From the NCBI GenBank assembly GCA_964417925.1, contig CAYQJV010000003.1, positions 13,941 to 77,940 on the forward strand: 64,000 nt of DNA, read 5' to 3'. Below the pieces are notes generated by a model. The model made no database searches. It saw nothing but the letters and a program-made list of their open reading frames with translations, and was not told the DNA's origin. Within the stretch, counting starts at the first letter, position 1. Each line of letters starts with the position of its first letter. Source of the DNA: an uncultured bacterium (GTDB taxonomy: Bacteria > Hydrothermota > Tepidihabitantia > B3-TA06 > CAYQJV01). This document shows, piece after piece, positions 49,070 through 58,667 of this stretch. Position numbers and translations under genes: made by a program.

Positions 49070-50803
49070 TCAACAAAAACAGGATTTTTGAATTAAAAAC
49101 CATATATAAGATATTAAAAAAGAAAGTACGAGGTTCCCATCAATTAAAGTTTCAAATAAAACATCTCTATAGAATATAGAGAATTTTTCTTTTATTGTAA
49201 ATACAAGAATGTAAAGAAAAAGATTAAAGGAAAGGAAGATAGAAAGGGAGGGAGTAAAATTTTTAAAATAAGCTAAAGTCATTATCCCTAAGGATAGAGA
49301 TAAAACTACTACTCCAAGAATTTTTGTTTTAGTTTCTCCGATAAGTACAGGGATACTTTCAATTCCGGTTACTAAATCTCCTTGTAAGTCTCTTAAACTG
49401 TATATAAGAGATCTGCAAAAAGCCATTGTAAATGCAAATAAAAATACTACTAATGTATTTGGGGAGATACTTTTTCCAGTAGAAAACATGTTTAAAAAAA
49501 CAAGCATCAATGCCCATGCAGTAGCAAGAAATATGTCTTTGGAGCCTGGAATATCTGCGAAACTTTTGTATTTAAAAGGAAGGAATTTGAATCTATACAA
49601 TATTCCAAGAAGGGAAAGCAAAAGCACTGCTCCAAAGGTCTTCCAAGAAAGAAACCATGAGACTGCAAGGGAAGATGAGACACCAAGAATACCAAGGATG
49701 ATGAGCAATTTTCTGTGTTTTCTATAAAAATCACTTCTTGCTGGGTAGTTTATATCAAGTGTCTTTGGATCTGTGAGATGATTTAAAAGATGCATTGCAA
49801 ATATGTAGGAAGCTGCTATCCATTCAAAAGCAAGAGATGGCTCTATTCCTAAGAGTCTTGAGCATGCATAGCATAGAGAGGCAGCACTAAAAGCTACGTA
49901 TAAGTGACTTCTTATAAAAAATCTCCATAACCATAGGATAAATTTTTTAATGCTTTTTCCCTGAACTTGGAGCTCTTCAAGTTTATAAACTACTCTTTGT
50001 ATAAGCCAATCCGGAGTTGATGCTCCAGCAGTTACTCCAATTTTTTTAAATTTTTTTATATCTGTTGGGAGTTCTTTTTCTCTTTCAATGTGGAAGGCGA
50101 TTTTCCCTTCTTCTCTTATTATTTCTGCAAGTCTTCTTGTATTTGCACTATTTTTCCCTCCTACCACAATTACTGCATCACATATTTTTGCAAGTTTTCT
50201 TGCTTCCTCCTGTCTTTCATCGGTTTCTTCACAGATTGTGTCATAAAGTTCAACATTTTTTCTACTTTTTACAAGTTTCTTTATTTTTTCAAATCTTCTA
50301 CGATTTTGCGTAGTTTGAACTACTATACATAATTTTTTTTCTTTTTTCTTTTTTATAATTTTTTCAAATTCTTTTTCATTCTCCGCAATCTCTGCTCTAT
50401 TTTTAGCATATCCCATCAATCCCTTTACTTCTGAATGAGTCTTATCCCCTATTATTATTACTTCTTTTCCTTCTTTGATACATTTTTTTACAATCATCTG
50501 AACTCTATACACTTTTGGACAGGTAGCATCAATTATTTTTACCTTTTTTCTTTGAAGTTTTTTTCTTTCTTCAGGAGAAATGCCATGAGCTCTTATTATT
50601 ACTCTTGATAAAGGAGGGATTTCTTCTATATTTTTTATTGTTTTTACGCCCCTCTGTTTTAAGAATTCTACCATTTGGGGATTATGTATGAGGTCTCCAT
50701 AAGAGACTATTTTTTCGTTCTTTATTAATTCTTTAAAAACAATCTGAATCGCTCTTCTTACACCGAAACAAAACCCTTTCTTTTTTGCTATTATTATCTG
50801 CAA
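49070..50803 (-). CDS. ispH: Fusion protein: 4-hydroxy-3-methylbut-2-enyl diphosphate reductase (IspH/LytB) + UbiA-superfamily membrane prenyltransferase
   Basis: The N-terminal ~285 aa is a complete IspH with the three cluster Cys (GFCFGV, DATCPKV, DTICEETDERQ), VVQTTQ and GVTAGASTP. The C-terminal ~290 aa is polytopic, with the first Asp-rich motif variant NHLTDPKTLD and a canonical second motif YSLRDLQGDLVTGIESIPVLIG. It is a single uninterrupted ORF. Confidence 0.7.
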   Translation of the reverse strand: MQIIIAKKKGFCFGVRRAIQIVFKELIKNEKIVSYGDLIHNPQMVEFLKQRGVKTIKNIEEIPPLSRVIIRAHGISPEERKKLQRKKVKIIDATCPKVYRVQMIVKKCIKEGKEVIIIGDKTHSEVKGLMGYAKNRAEIAENEKEFEKIIKKKKEKKLCIVVQTTQNRRRFEKIKKLVKSRKNVELYDTICEETDERQEEARKLAKICDAVIVVGGKNSANTRRLAEIIREEGKIAFHIEREKELPTDIKKFKKIGVTAGASTPDWLIQRVVYKLEELQVQGKSIKKFILWLWRFFIRSHLYVAFSAASLCYACSRLLGIEPSLAFEWIAASYIFAMHLLNHLTDPKTLDINYPARSDFYRKHRKLLIILGILGVSSSLAVSWFLSWKTFGAVLLLSLLGILYRFKFLPFKYKSFADIPGSKDIFLATAWALMLVFLNMFSTGKSISPNTLVVFLFAFTMAFCRSLIYSLRDLQGDLVTGIESIPVLIGETKTKILGVVVLSLSLGIMTLAYFKNFTPSLSIFLSFNLFLYILVFTIKEKFSIFYRDVLFETLIDGNLVLSFLISYIWFLIQKSCFC

Positions 50804-50807
50804 ATGT

Positions 50808-52238
50808 TTAGTTTTCCCTGGATTTTTTTCTGTCTTGCTCTATGGATAGAAGTTCCTCTTCGGTTACATAAGTGGGATAATTTCCAGAAAAACAAGCGGT
50901 GCAGAATGTTATATCTTTATCACCCCTAACTCCTTCCACCATTTTCTCAAAGTCTTGATAGATTAATGCGTCTGCCCCTATCTTTTCCTTTATTTCATTT
51001 TCAGAGTACTGCTTTGCTATGAATTCTTCTCTTGTTGCCATATCTATGCCGTATACGCATGGATATCTCAAAGGTGCAGAATAGACCCCGTAGTATACTT
51101 CCTTAGCTCCTGCATTTCTTACCATCTTGATTATTTCCTTGGATGTATTTCCTCTTACAATAGAATCATCTATAAGAAGGACTCTTTTATTTTTTATCTC
51201 TGTTATTACAGGATTTAATTTTTGTTTTACCGAAACCCTTCTTATTTTTTGATTCGGCATTATGAAGGTTCTTGCAATATAACGATTTCTTATCAATCCT
51301 TCAGAGAGTTCTACTCCAAGTTCCTTTGCAAGAGCTATAGCCGCAGGTCTTGCTGTGTCTGGTACAGCAATTACAACATCTGGTTTTATCTTCATTTTTT
51401 TACATTTTTCTGCAAGCAGTTTGCCGAGTCTCTTTCTCGCTTCAAGTACTCCTATTCCCTCAAGTATAGAATCCGGCCTTGCAAAATATACCCATTCAAA
51501 TATACAGTGTGTTGGAGGAGTAGATACCAATCTTTCTGAAATTACTTCTAAATCTTCATTTACCCATACAACTTCACCTGGTTTTACATCTCTTACTGTT
51601 TCAAACCCCAAAAAATCAAAAACTACGGTTTCTGAGGCAAAGGCAATGGACGAGTTTTTTTTACCCATTACAAGAGGTCTTATCCCCAATGGGTCCCTCC
51701 ACGCTACGAGTCCTTTTCCTGCTATGAGTGAAATCACAGAATATGCTCCTTTTACCCTTTTTATTACCTCCATTACTCCTTTTTTGATAGTGTCAAAACT
51801 GAACTCTCTATCTTCCATTCCTTCGGCAAATACATTTAGAATCACTTCTACGTCGCTTGTTGAATTGATATATCTTTGGTTTTTTTCAAAAAGTTCTTTC
51901 TTTAATGAATAAAAGTTAATCACATTTCCGTTGTGTACCATTGCAATTCCAAATGGGTGATTTATGTAGAAAGGTTGAGCATCTTCCGGAGATCCTCTTC
52001 CTATGGTAGGATATCTAACCTGTCCAATACCTATATTCCCCTTTAATCGTGAAAGATTTTTTTCGTTAAACACATTAAGAACTAAACCTATTCCCTTTTT
52101 CAAATGGAACATTTCATCATAAGTTACTATTCCTGCTGCATCTTGACCTCTGTGTTGTAGCATTAAAAGTCCTTGAAAGAGGTCGTATCCCACATTCTCG
52201 GTTTTTTCTTTATTAATTATTCCTAAAATTCCACACAT
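50808..52238 (-). CDS. purF: Amidophosphoribosyltransferase
   Basis: MCGILGI N-terminal nucleophile Cys. Gln-amidotransferase type II domain. PRTase motif VLLIDDSIVRGNTS. C-terminal Cys cluster. Confidence 0.9.
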   Translation of the reverse strand: MCGILGIINKEKTENVGYDLFQGLLMLQHRGQDAAGIVTYDEMFHLKKGIGLVLNVFNEKNLSRLKGNIGIGQVRYPTIGRGSPEDAQPFYINHPFGIAMVHNGNVINFYSLKKELFEKNQRYINSTSDVEVILNVFAEGMEDREFSFDTIKKGVMEVIKRVKGAYSVISLIAGKGLVAWRDPLGIRPLVMGKKNSSIAFASETVVFDFLGFETVRDVKPGEVVWVNEDLEVISERLVSTPPTHCIFEWVYFARPDSILEGIGVLEARKRLGKLLAEKCKKMKIKPDVVIAVPDTARPAAIALAKELGVELSEGLIRNRYIARTFIMPNQKIRRVSVKQKLNPVITEIKNKRVLLIDDSIVRGNTSKEIIKMVRNAGAKEVYYGVYSAPLRYPCVYGIDMATREEFIAKQYSENEIKEKIGADALIYQDFEKMVEGVRGDKDITFCTACFSGNYPTYVTEEELLSIEQDRKKSREN

Positions 52239-52961
52239 TTAATCACCCATTTCAAAAAACTTGGTGTAAAGAGTTCTTAAATTTAAAGCATTTTTCTCCT
52301 CTTCAAGAGCTTTTTTAAACAACTGAAGTTTGTGAATAATATCTTCTTTAAAGATGTGTTCCTTATTATTTAATTCATTGATAGCAAAAGATACCCCTGA
52401 AATCCACTGTTTCTTTACCTCTTCATTCTTTAACAGTACTTCAAAAGTACTGTCACTTAACATCCAGTTTTTGTTTATCTTTTCTAATACATAAAAATGA
52501 GGTAAGAAAGGAGATGCTATACCATAACACCCAAGGTTATCATGTCTCCAAGTGAGAATAATGTATCTGTTTTTATATATTCCTGAGTATCCATCAACAT
52601 TGAAATCCATGTATTCTCCATCCAAATATATTACAAGTCTTCCATAGGAATGGATTCCTGTTCCACTGCATACAGTTTTTACTATCACTATATTTTTAAG
52701 TCTCCCATTTACAAGAAGTTTATCTGTTAACATTTGAGGAAATAGATTTTCCATGATCTCTCCGTATCCATCAGTAAAAATGGTTATTTTTTCTCCTTCA
52801 TCTTCAATTATCAGGGAATATTCAAATGTTTTAAAGAACTCATCTTCTTCCATATGAAGGATCTCCATCTTTACAGTTTCAGGGATTCCATCTTCATCAA
52901 TATCAGTTGATACCTGCCATCCAGCAATAGATATGAAAACGTATATTATCATAGTTATCAT
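52239..52961 (-). CDS. Hypothetical protein with N-terminal signal anchor
   Basis: MITMIIYVFISIAGW hydrophobic start. No recognised motif. It sits directly upstream of purF and the ispH-ubiA fusion in the same operon. Confidence 0.3.
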   Translation of the reverse strand: MITMIIYVFISIAGWQVSTDIDEDGIPETVKMEILHMEEDEFFKTFEYSLIIEDEGEKITIFTDGYGEIMENLFPQMLTDKLLVNGRLKNIVIVKTVCSGTGIHSYGRLVIYLDGEYMDFNVDGYSGIYKNRYIILTWRHDNLGCYGIASPFLPHFYVLEKINKNWMLSDSTFEVLLKNEEVKKQWISGVSFAINELNNKEHIFKEDIIHKLQLFKKALEEEKNALNLRTLYTKFFEMGD

Positions 52962-52966
52962 AAATA

Positions 52967-52995
52967 ATATTACGCAGGTTATAATTTAAGTCAAT
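52967..52995 (-). promoter_or_regulatory. Sigma70-like promoter (TTGACT-17-TAATAT on minus strand), -10 ends 5 nt before start codon 52961
   Basis: Plus strand: AGTCAA at 52990-52995 and ATATTA at 52967-52972. Confidence 0.35.
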
Positions 52996-52999
52996 TCTT

Positions 53000-53046
53000 A
53001 AAAATAAAAAACCCTGGGCGAAGGAGGGGAGAACCTTCGCCCAGGG
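53000..53046 (-). terminator. Rho-independent terminator (13-bp GC-rich perfect stem + T-tract) ending the long minus-strand gene array
   Basis: CCCTGGGCGAAGG (53012-53024), loop AGGGGAGAA, CCTTCGCCCAGGG (53034-53046). On the minus strand it is followed by TTTTTTATTTTT (53000-53011). It lies 119 nt downstream of the PorX-like gene stop. Confidence 0.6.
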
Positions 53047-53164
53047 AGGGAGGGGTGTTGTCTATAGAGCGCGATGGTAAATTATAAACAAAAAAATTTT
53101 CTTGTCAATATTTTTGGTAAGATACATAGAAAATTGACATACGAGTTCAGTAAATCTCTGAAAA

Positions 53165-54691
53165 TCATTTGGGTGTAAATTTTCCAAAAGGAAGGATCAT
53201 TTCATCAGGAGATATTCCACCATGTTGATAAGTAAACTTATATTCTATTTCGTACTCTTTTGGTTTTGTTGGATATATAAAGTAATAGTTTTCCTTTGCT
53301 ATTGCAAACCTCATTCCTCGTTGAGGAACTGGCAGGAAAAATTCAGATGGGTTGTGTAAAATAATGCATCCTTTTTTATTTGCTTTCAAAGAATTTCCAT
53401 ATTTGTATCTTAGATTACGCGAGATTATTCTGCCTCCATGGATTATTAAGGGTTTTTTGACTTTTATAAAACCGTGATCTGTGGTTAGAAAAACAATATG
53501 TTCTGTTTTTTTCAATTTTTCTATAAAGGGCGGAAATATTGAATTGATAAACCATGTTCTGGTTATATCAAGTAAAGCATATTCATTTCTAAAAACTTCT
53601 TCTGCAATATGTTTCTTTGTAACAGAGTGGATCAATACATCAAGGAAATTTACAACCATTATTTTTATTCTGTTTGGAGAATTCACATACTCCTCGAATA
53701 TCTTTTCATGAACATCTGTTCTTGTTATCTTCTTAAAAAGAAAGTCTTCTTTCAATCCTTCTTTTTCAAGGTAAAATTTAAATAGCAAATCTTCGTATCT
53801 GTTTTGTCCTTCTTCGTTCCATATCCAGTACTCGGGATAATTTTTTACAATGTCGGAGGGCATCATACCTGAAAATATCGCATTTCTTGCATATGGTGTT
53901 GCAGAGGGTAAAATTGAAATATAGTAGTTTGTCTTGGTTTCAAAATTTTCTTTCCAAAATGGAAGAATAGTAAAGTATTGGTCAAGTCTCATTGAATCAA
54001 ATAATAAGAAGACTATCTTTTGTTTTTTTTCTTTTAATAATGGGAATATAAATTTTTTGAAAAGATGAGTAGATGTTGGAATGGTACTATTGAGAATTAG
54101 TTTTCTGTACTCCTTTTCTACAAACTTCCCAAAGCCCGTCATTGCTTCCTCAGAAAACTCTTCCTCTATCTCTTTCAGAGATCTTTCTCCAAATCTTTTG
54201 AATCTCAATCTCCATCTTGTGATTATTTTATGATATTCTATCCAATTATCCCATGTATCTGGTAAGGGCAAGTTTCTTATTTCTTCTGCAAAACTTTTTG
54301 CTATGTTTCTTTTTACAAGTTCCTTTCTTTCAAGTAAGCGTTTTATAGATGCTAAAAATTGTGAAGGTGTAAAGGGTTTTATAACGAAGTCATCTGCAAG
54401 TTTTCCATAAGCTTCATCTATAAGTTCTTCATCCTCAAGCTTTGTAACGATGGCTACCATTATATCTTCGTTACTCTTTTTTAGATTTTCTAAGGTCTCT
54501 ATCCCATCTATTCCTGGCATCATTTCATCCACCAGTACAAGATCATAGTCCTTCCTTCTTGCCATTTCAATTCCATCAGGTCCGTTTGTAGCAGTATCAA
54601 CTTCGTATCCTTTTTCACAAAGTATATAAATATAAGGTTTTAAGTGTTCTATTTCATCATCTATCCATAGAATTCTCATCTTTCTATCCAT
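53165..54691 (-). CDS. Response regulator with CheY-like receiver + C-terminal PglZ (alkaline-phosphatase-like) domain; PorX-like
   Basis: Receiver ILWIDDEIEHL...DLVLVDEMMPGIDG. C-terminal PglZ-type signatures including ...FLTTDHGF... Confidence 0.6.
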   Translation of the reverse strand: MDRKMRILWIDDEIEHLKPYIYILCEKGYEVDTATNGPDGIEMARRKDYDLVLVDEMMPGIDGIETLENLKKSNEDIMVAIVTKLEDEELIDEAYGKLADDFVIKPFTPSQFLASIKRLLERKELVKRNIAKSFAEEIRNLPLPDTWDNWIEYHKIITRWRLRFKRFGERSLKEIEEEFSEEAMTGFGKFVEKEYRKLILNSTIPTSTHLFKKFIFPLLKEKKQKIVFLLFDSMRLDQYFTILPFWKENFETKTNYYISILPSATPYARNAIFSGMMPSDIVKNYPEYWIWNEEGQNRYEDLLFKFYLEKEGLKEDFLFKKITRTDVHEKIFEEYVNSPNRIKIMVVNFLDVLIHSVTKKHIAEEVFRNEYALLDITRTWFINSIFPPFIEKLKKTEHIVFLTTDHGFIKVKKPLIIHGGRIISRNLRYKYGNSLKANKKGCIILHNPSEFFLPVPQRGMRFAIAKENYYFIYPTKPKEYEIEYKFTYQHGGISPDEMILPFGKFTPK

Positions 54692-55743
54692 ACAGGCATC
54701 CCTGGAATTATGTAGTTGATGAGTTCAAGTAAATCTTGGTTCTTTAATCTTATACATCCCTCTGTTGCTCTTTTACCTATAGAAGATGGGTCATGGGTTC
54801 CATGAATTCCTATTCCTTTCCACGTTTTACCAGAATACGTAGCATCCGCTCCAGTATAAAGTCTGATAAAATATGGGCCATAGGCTCCTTTTATTGGGCC
54901 CAATGTGTCATCGGGAAAGTCATGGACCCAGTTTTTTGAATTTTCTATTTTTATTACATAAAAACATCCTTCAGGAGTTCTGTAATCTCCAATCCTTTTT
55001 TTATCCCCTGGATTTTTACCAATAGCTACTGAATAAACCTTTACGGTATCATACCCTTTTAAAAGATAAAGTTTGAATTCGCTTTTTTTAATGAGAATTC
55101 CATACTTTGTATTTTTTTTGGCAAGCATATCTTTCCCCACAATTATTATGATGTCCTTCAACCCATTTATTTGTTTTAATATGCCCTTTTTTAAAAATCT
55201 TTTTATACTTTCTGCAAGATTTTTCTCTTTCTTCCCATGATATATCACAGTAAAGAAAAATGTATCCTTGGAAGCTTTCTCTGGGGTAAGGCATGAAAGC
55301 CCTAAGTAGTTTGTCAATCTATATGTAACTCTTCTTGCCAATCCTGGCTTAGGAGCGCCATTTAAGACAAAGACTTTTCTTACCAAAGAATCTGCGTTAT
55401 AGTTAATGCTTTGAATTCCTATTTTTATAAAGATTGTGTCATTTTTTATCTTGGTCCATTTGAATCCGCCAAGAATTTCTTTAAGACTATCTTTTTTGTA
55501 TAATCTATGTGCAAAAATTTCTGTTTCTATTCTTATCTTTTCCTTGGAAGGTTGCTCAACTACCAGAAATCCAGTTTTTTTTAATCTTTCTTTAATTTTT
55601 TTAAAAGCACTTTCAAGCCCTCTTTTTTTAATATATTTCTCACATGAATTTTCTACTACGATTACTATGGGCTCTTTTGGTTTACACAGAACTATACTAA
55701 ATATCCACAGTATTTTGAGGTATTTTGCCATTATATACTTCAA
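54676..55743 (-). CDS. Secreted L,D-transpeptidase (YkuD domain)
   Basis: Signal sequence, and the C-terminal catalytic motif IGIHGTHDPSSIGKRATEGCIRL. Confidence 0.65.
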   Translation of the reverse strand: MKYIMAKYLKILWIFSIVLCKPKEPIVIVVENSCEKYIKKRGLESAFKKIKERLKKTGFLVVEQPSKEKIRIETEIFAHRLYKKDSLKEILGGFKWTKIKNDTIFIKIGIQSINYNADSLVRKVFVLNGAPKPGLARRVTYRLTNYLGLSCLTPEKASKDTFFFTVIYHGKKEKNLAESIKRFLKKGILKQINGLKDIIIIVGKDMLAKKNTKYGILIKKSEFKLYLLKGYDTVKVYSVAIGKNPGDKKRIGDYRTPEGCFYVIKIENSKNWVHDFPDDTLGPIKGAYGPYFIRLYTGADATYSGKTWKGIGIHGTHDPSSIGKRATEGCIRLKNQDLLELINYIIPGMPVWIER

Positions 55744-56653
55744 CTATGCTTTTTGCAGCCATTTCTGCCATTTTTTCTCTTGTTTGGTAGGTAGCACTAC
55801 CTATGTGTGGTAAAAGCACAACTTGGGGGAGTTTTATTAATTCAGGATGGATTTTCGGTTCATTTTCATATACATCAAGTCCTGCTCCAAAAAGTTTTTT
55901 CTGTTTTAATGCCTTTACCAGTTCTTCTTCATCAATTACAGCTCCTCTTGAGGTATTTACAAGTATTGCATCTTCTTTCATTAAAGAAAATTCCTCTTTG
56001 CCGATGAGATGGTAGGTTTCTTTTGTAAGTGGTACATGCAAAGATATAAAATCAGCTTCTCTTAACAAATCACGAAGAGATTTCTTCTTTGCATGTAATC
56101 TGTCCTCCAGGACTTGATTATTTTTCCTTGAGAAGTAAAGTACTTTCATTTCAAATCCCTTTGATTTTAATCCAAATGCTGTTCCTATCCTTCCTGCTCC
56201 AATTATCCCAAGTGTTTTTCCGTATATTTCCTTTCCTAAAAAAAGCATGGGATCCCATCCTTTAAATCTTCCTTCTCTAACAAATTTGTCTGCTTCAATT
56301 ATTCTCCTTGCTACTGCGAATAACAATGCCCAAGCAAGTTCAGCAGTAGCATGGGTTAAGACATCAGGAGTATTGGTGACGATGATTCCCTTTTTAATTG
56401 CATACTCTACATCAATATTATCTATCCCTACTGCATAGTTTGCAATAACTTTCAAATTCTTTGCGCTATCAATTACTTCTCTGTCAATTCTATCCGTTAA
56501 AAGGCATAGAATACCAAATACGTCCTTTATATTTTTGATTATTTCTTCTTTGCCGATAGGTTCATCCTTTTCCCATATTTTTACTTCAAAATGCTTTTTT
56601 AAAATTTCGATTGCATTTTCTGGTATTTTTCTTGTTATGAATACTTTTTTCAT
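55697..56653 (-). CDS. D-isomer-specific 2-hydroxyacid dehydrogenase (glyoxylate/hydroxypyruvate reductase type)
   Basis: NAD motif GIIGAGRIGTA. Catalytic region ...NTSRGAVID...LAGAGLDV...PHIGSAT. Confidence 0.75.
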   Translation of the reverse strand: MKKVFITRKIPENAIEILKKHFEVKIWEKDEPIGKEEIIKNIKDVFGILCLLTDRIDREVIDSAKNLKVIANYAVGIDNIDVEYAIKKGIIVTNTPDVLTHATAELAWALLFAVARRIIEADKFVREGRFKGWDPMLFLGKEIYGKTLGIIGAGRIGTAFGLKSKGFEMKVLYFSRKNNQVLEDRLHAKKKSLRDLLREADFISLHVPLTKETYHLIGKEEFSLMKEDAILVNTSRGAVIDEEELVKALKQKKLFGAGLDVYENEPKIHPELIKLPQVVLLPHIGSATYQTREKMAEMAAKSIVEVYNGKIPQNTVDI

Positions 56654-57666
56654 AGAATTCTTTTTGGTAAAAGATTTATTGCCTCAAGTCCTTTCTCAGT
56701 TATTATTCTTCCTCTGGCAGTTCTTTTTAGGAAGCCCATCTTCACGAGATAAGGTTCATACACCTCTTCTATTGTTTTTGGGTCTTCCTCCATTGCAGCT
56801 GCAATAGTTTTTATTCCCACAGGTCCCCCTTTGAACTTTTCAGCAATCAGTTTTAGAAGTTCTTCATCCCTTTTATCTAAGCCATATTCATTTATTCCCA
56901 GTTTCTCAAGTGCATAAAGTACAGTATCAAGTTCTATTTCGTCTTTACCATCTACTTCTGCGAAATCTCTTATTCTTCTTAAAAGTCTATTTGCAATTCT
57001 TGGTGTTCCTCTCGCACGTTTTGCAATTTCCTTTGACGCCTTATCAGTGATCTTAATCCCAAGAATTTTGGCAGACCTTTTAACTACGAGTTCTAACTCC
57101 TCAGGAGAATAATAGTCTATGTGAAGTATTATTCCAAATCTTGCTCTTAGAGGCGGTGTGAGCATCCCAAACCTTGTTGTTGCTCCAATAAGTGTGAATT
57201 TTGCTATGTTTATTTTTTCTGTTCTGGCTCCTGGCCCCTTATCAATTAAAATATCTATACAGAAATCTTCAAGAGCAGAGTAAAGATATTCTTCCACTGT
57301 CCTACTGGTTCTATGTATTTCATCTACAAAAAGTACGTCTCCTTCTTTCAAATTGGTAAGTATTCCTACAAGATCAACAGGTCTTTCAAGAACAGGTCCA
57401 GAGGTGGTTTTTATATCTACCCCAAGTTCATTAGCAATTATATGGGCAAGTGTAGTTTTTCCAAGCCCCTGGGGTCCGTAGAAAAGAATGTGATCCAAAG
57501 ATTCTTTCCTTTTTTTTGCTGCGTCAATAAATACTCTTAAATTTTCTTTTAGATTTTTCTGCCCAATAAACTCTTCAAGAGTTTTTGGCCTCAATGTAAG
57601 ATCAAGTTTTTCGTCTTCTGAAGTTCTTATTCTTTCATAAATACTTGTATCAATTCTAAGACCCAT
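56650..57666 (-). CDS. ruvB: Holliday junction branch-migration ATPase RuvB
   Basis: Walker A GPQGLGKTTLA and DEIHR. Confidence 0.9.
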   Translation of the reverse strand: MGLRIDTSIYERIRTSEDEKLDLTLRPKTLEEFIGQKNLKENLRVFIDAAKKRKESLDHILFYGPQGLGKTTLAHIIANELGVDIKTTSGPVLERPVDLVGILTNLKEGDVLFVDEIHRTSRTVEEYLYSALEDFCIDILIDKGPGARTEKINIAKFTLIGATTRFGMLTPPLRARFGIILHIDYYSPEELELVVKRSAKILGIKITDKASKEIAKRARGTPRIANRLLRRIRDFAEVDGKDEIELDTVLYALEKLGINEYGLDKRDEELLKLIAEKFKGGPVGIKTIAAAMEEDPKTIEEVYEPYLVKMGFLKRTARGRIITEKGLEAINLLPKRIL

Positions 57667-58204
57667 TTTTTAATGCCTCTTTTATTATCTCTGCAAGACT
57701 TTTTTGGTCTATGTTGCTTATTTTTTCTACTCTTCTTCTTGCTTCGTTTGATGAAACTCCTAAGGAAACAAGAGCTTTTATGGCGTCTTCTTTTTTTGTG
57801 TTTCTTACCTTAGGATGAAGAGTTTCTTTAAGTTCAAAGATTATTTTCATTGCCTTTTTTTTGCCAATTCCAGGAGTTGATTTTAAAAGGTCTATTCTTT
57901 CTTCTTTTATACTTTTTTCAATCTCCTCCGGAGTATATCTGGAGAGAAGATTTAAAGCAGCGGTTTCTCCTACTTTAGGTACTGAGACTATTTTTTTAAA
58001 AATTTCTCTTTCTTTATTGCTTAAAAATCCATAAAGTTTTACCTCTTTTTCTTTAAAGATGGTATGTATGAAAAGCTCTGCCTCACCTTCAATCTGTTGG
58101 CTTACAGAAAGAGGTACGTTTATTTCAAAACCGATACCCCCTGTAAGTAACACTATCTTTGTTGGACTTTTTTCTACTATCTTTCCTTTAATTCTATCTA
58201 TCAT
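57656..58204 (-). CDS. ruvA: Holliday junction DNA helicase RuvA
   Basis: MIDRIKGKIVEK...GIGFEINVP. HhH region VPKVGETAALNLL / TPGIGKKKAMKI. Confidence 0.85.
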   Translation of the reverse strand: MIDRIKGKIVEKSPTKIVLLTGGIGFEINVPLSVSQQIEGEAELFIHTIFKEKEVKLYGFLSNKEREIFKKIVSVPKVGETAALNLLSRYTPEEIEKSIKEERIDLLKSTPGIGKKKAMKIIFELKETLHPKVRNTKKEDAIKALVSLGVSSNEARRRVEKISNIDQKSLAEIIKEALKNGS

Positions 58205-58208
58205 TATT

Positions 58209-58667
58209 TTATAATTCTTTATAAGCAGTATATGCAGCTGCTATGGCATCTGCTTCATCATCATGGAGTTTACTATTCTCTATTTTTAAAAGTTTTTTTA
58301 CCATGTATCTTATCTGTTTTTTTGAAGCTCTTCCATTTCCTGTAACCGCAAGTTTTATTTTGGCAGGAGTATATTCTTTAACCTCTATATTCTTCTTTGA
58401 AAGTAGATACAAAATCGCCCCCCTTAACTGGGCAGATAGAATAATACTTCGTGCAGAAACTTTTCTAAAAAACAGGGATTCAATGGCACATATCTGTGGT
58501 TTCTCTCTTCGGATTATTTTTGCCAGTTTTTCTGTTATATCTTTTATTCTTTTTTCTATCTTTTCAGAAGAGTTTCCTTTAATAAAACCATGAACTTTTA
58601 ATTTTCCTTTTTCTATTATTCCGTAACCTGTTCTTACAAGACCAGGGTCTATACCCAGTATCTTCAC
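58209..58667 (-). CDS. ruvC: Crossover junction endodeoxyribonuclease RuvC
   Basis: [18 protein letters not shown]. The conserved acidic residues and the C-terminal ...[11 protein letters not shown] are present. Confidence 0.85.
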   Translation of the reverse strand: MKILGIDPGLVRTGYGIIEKGKLKVHGFIKGNSSEKIEKRIKDITEKLAKIIRREKPQICAIESLFFRKVSARSIILSAQLRGAILYLLSKKNIEVKEYTPAKIKLAVTGNGRASKKQIRYMVKKLLKIENSKLHDDEADAIAAAYTAYKEL

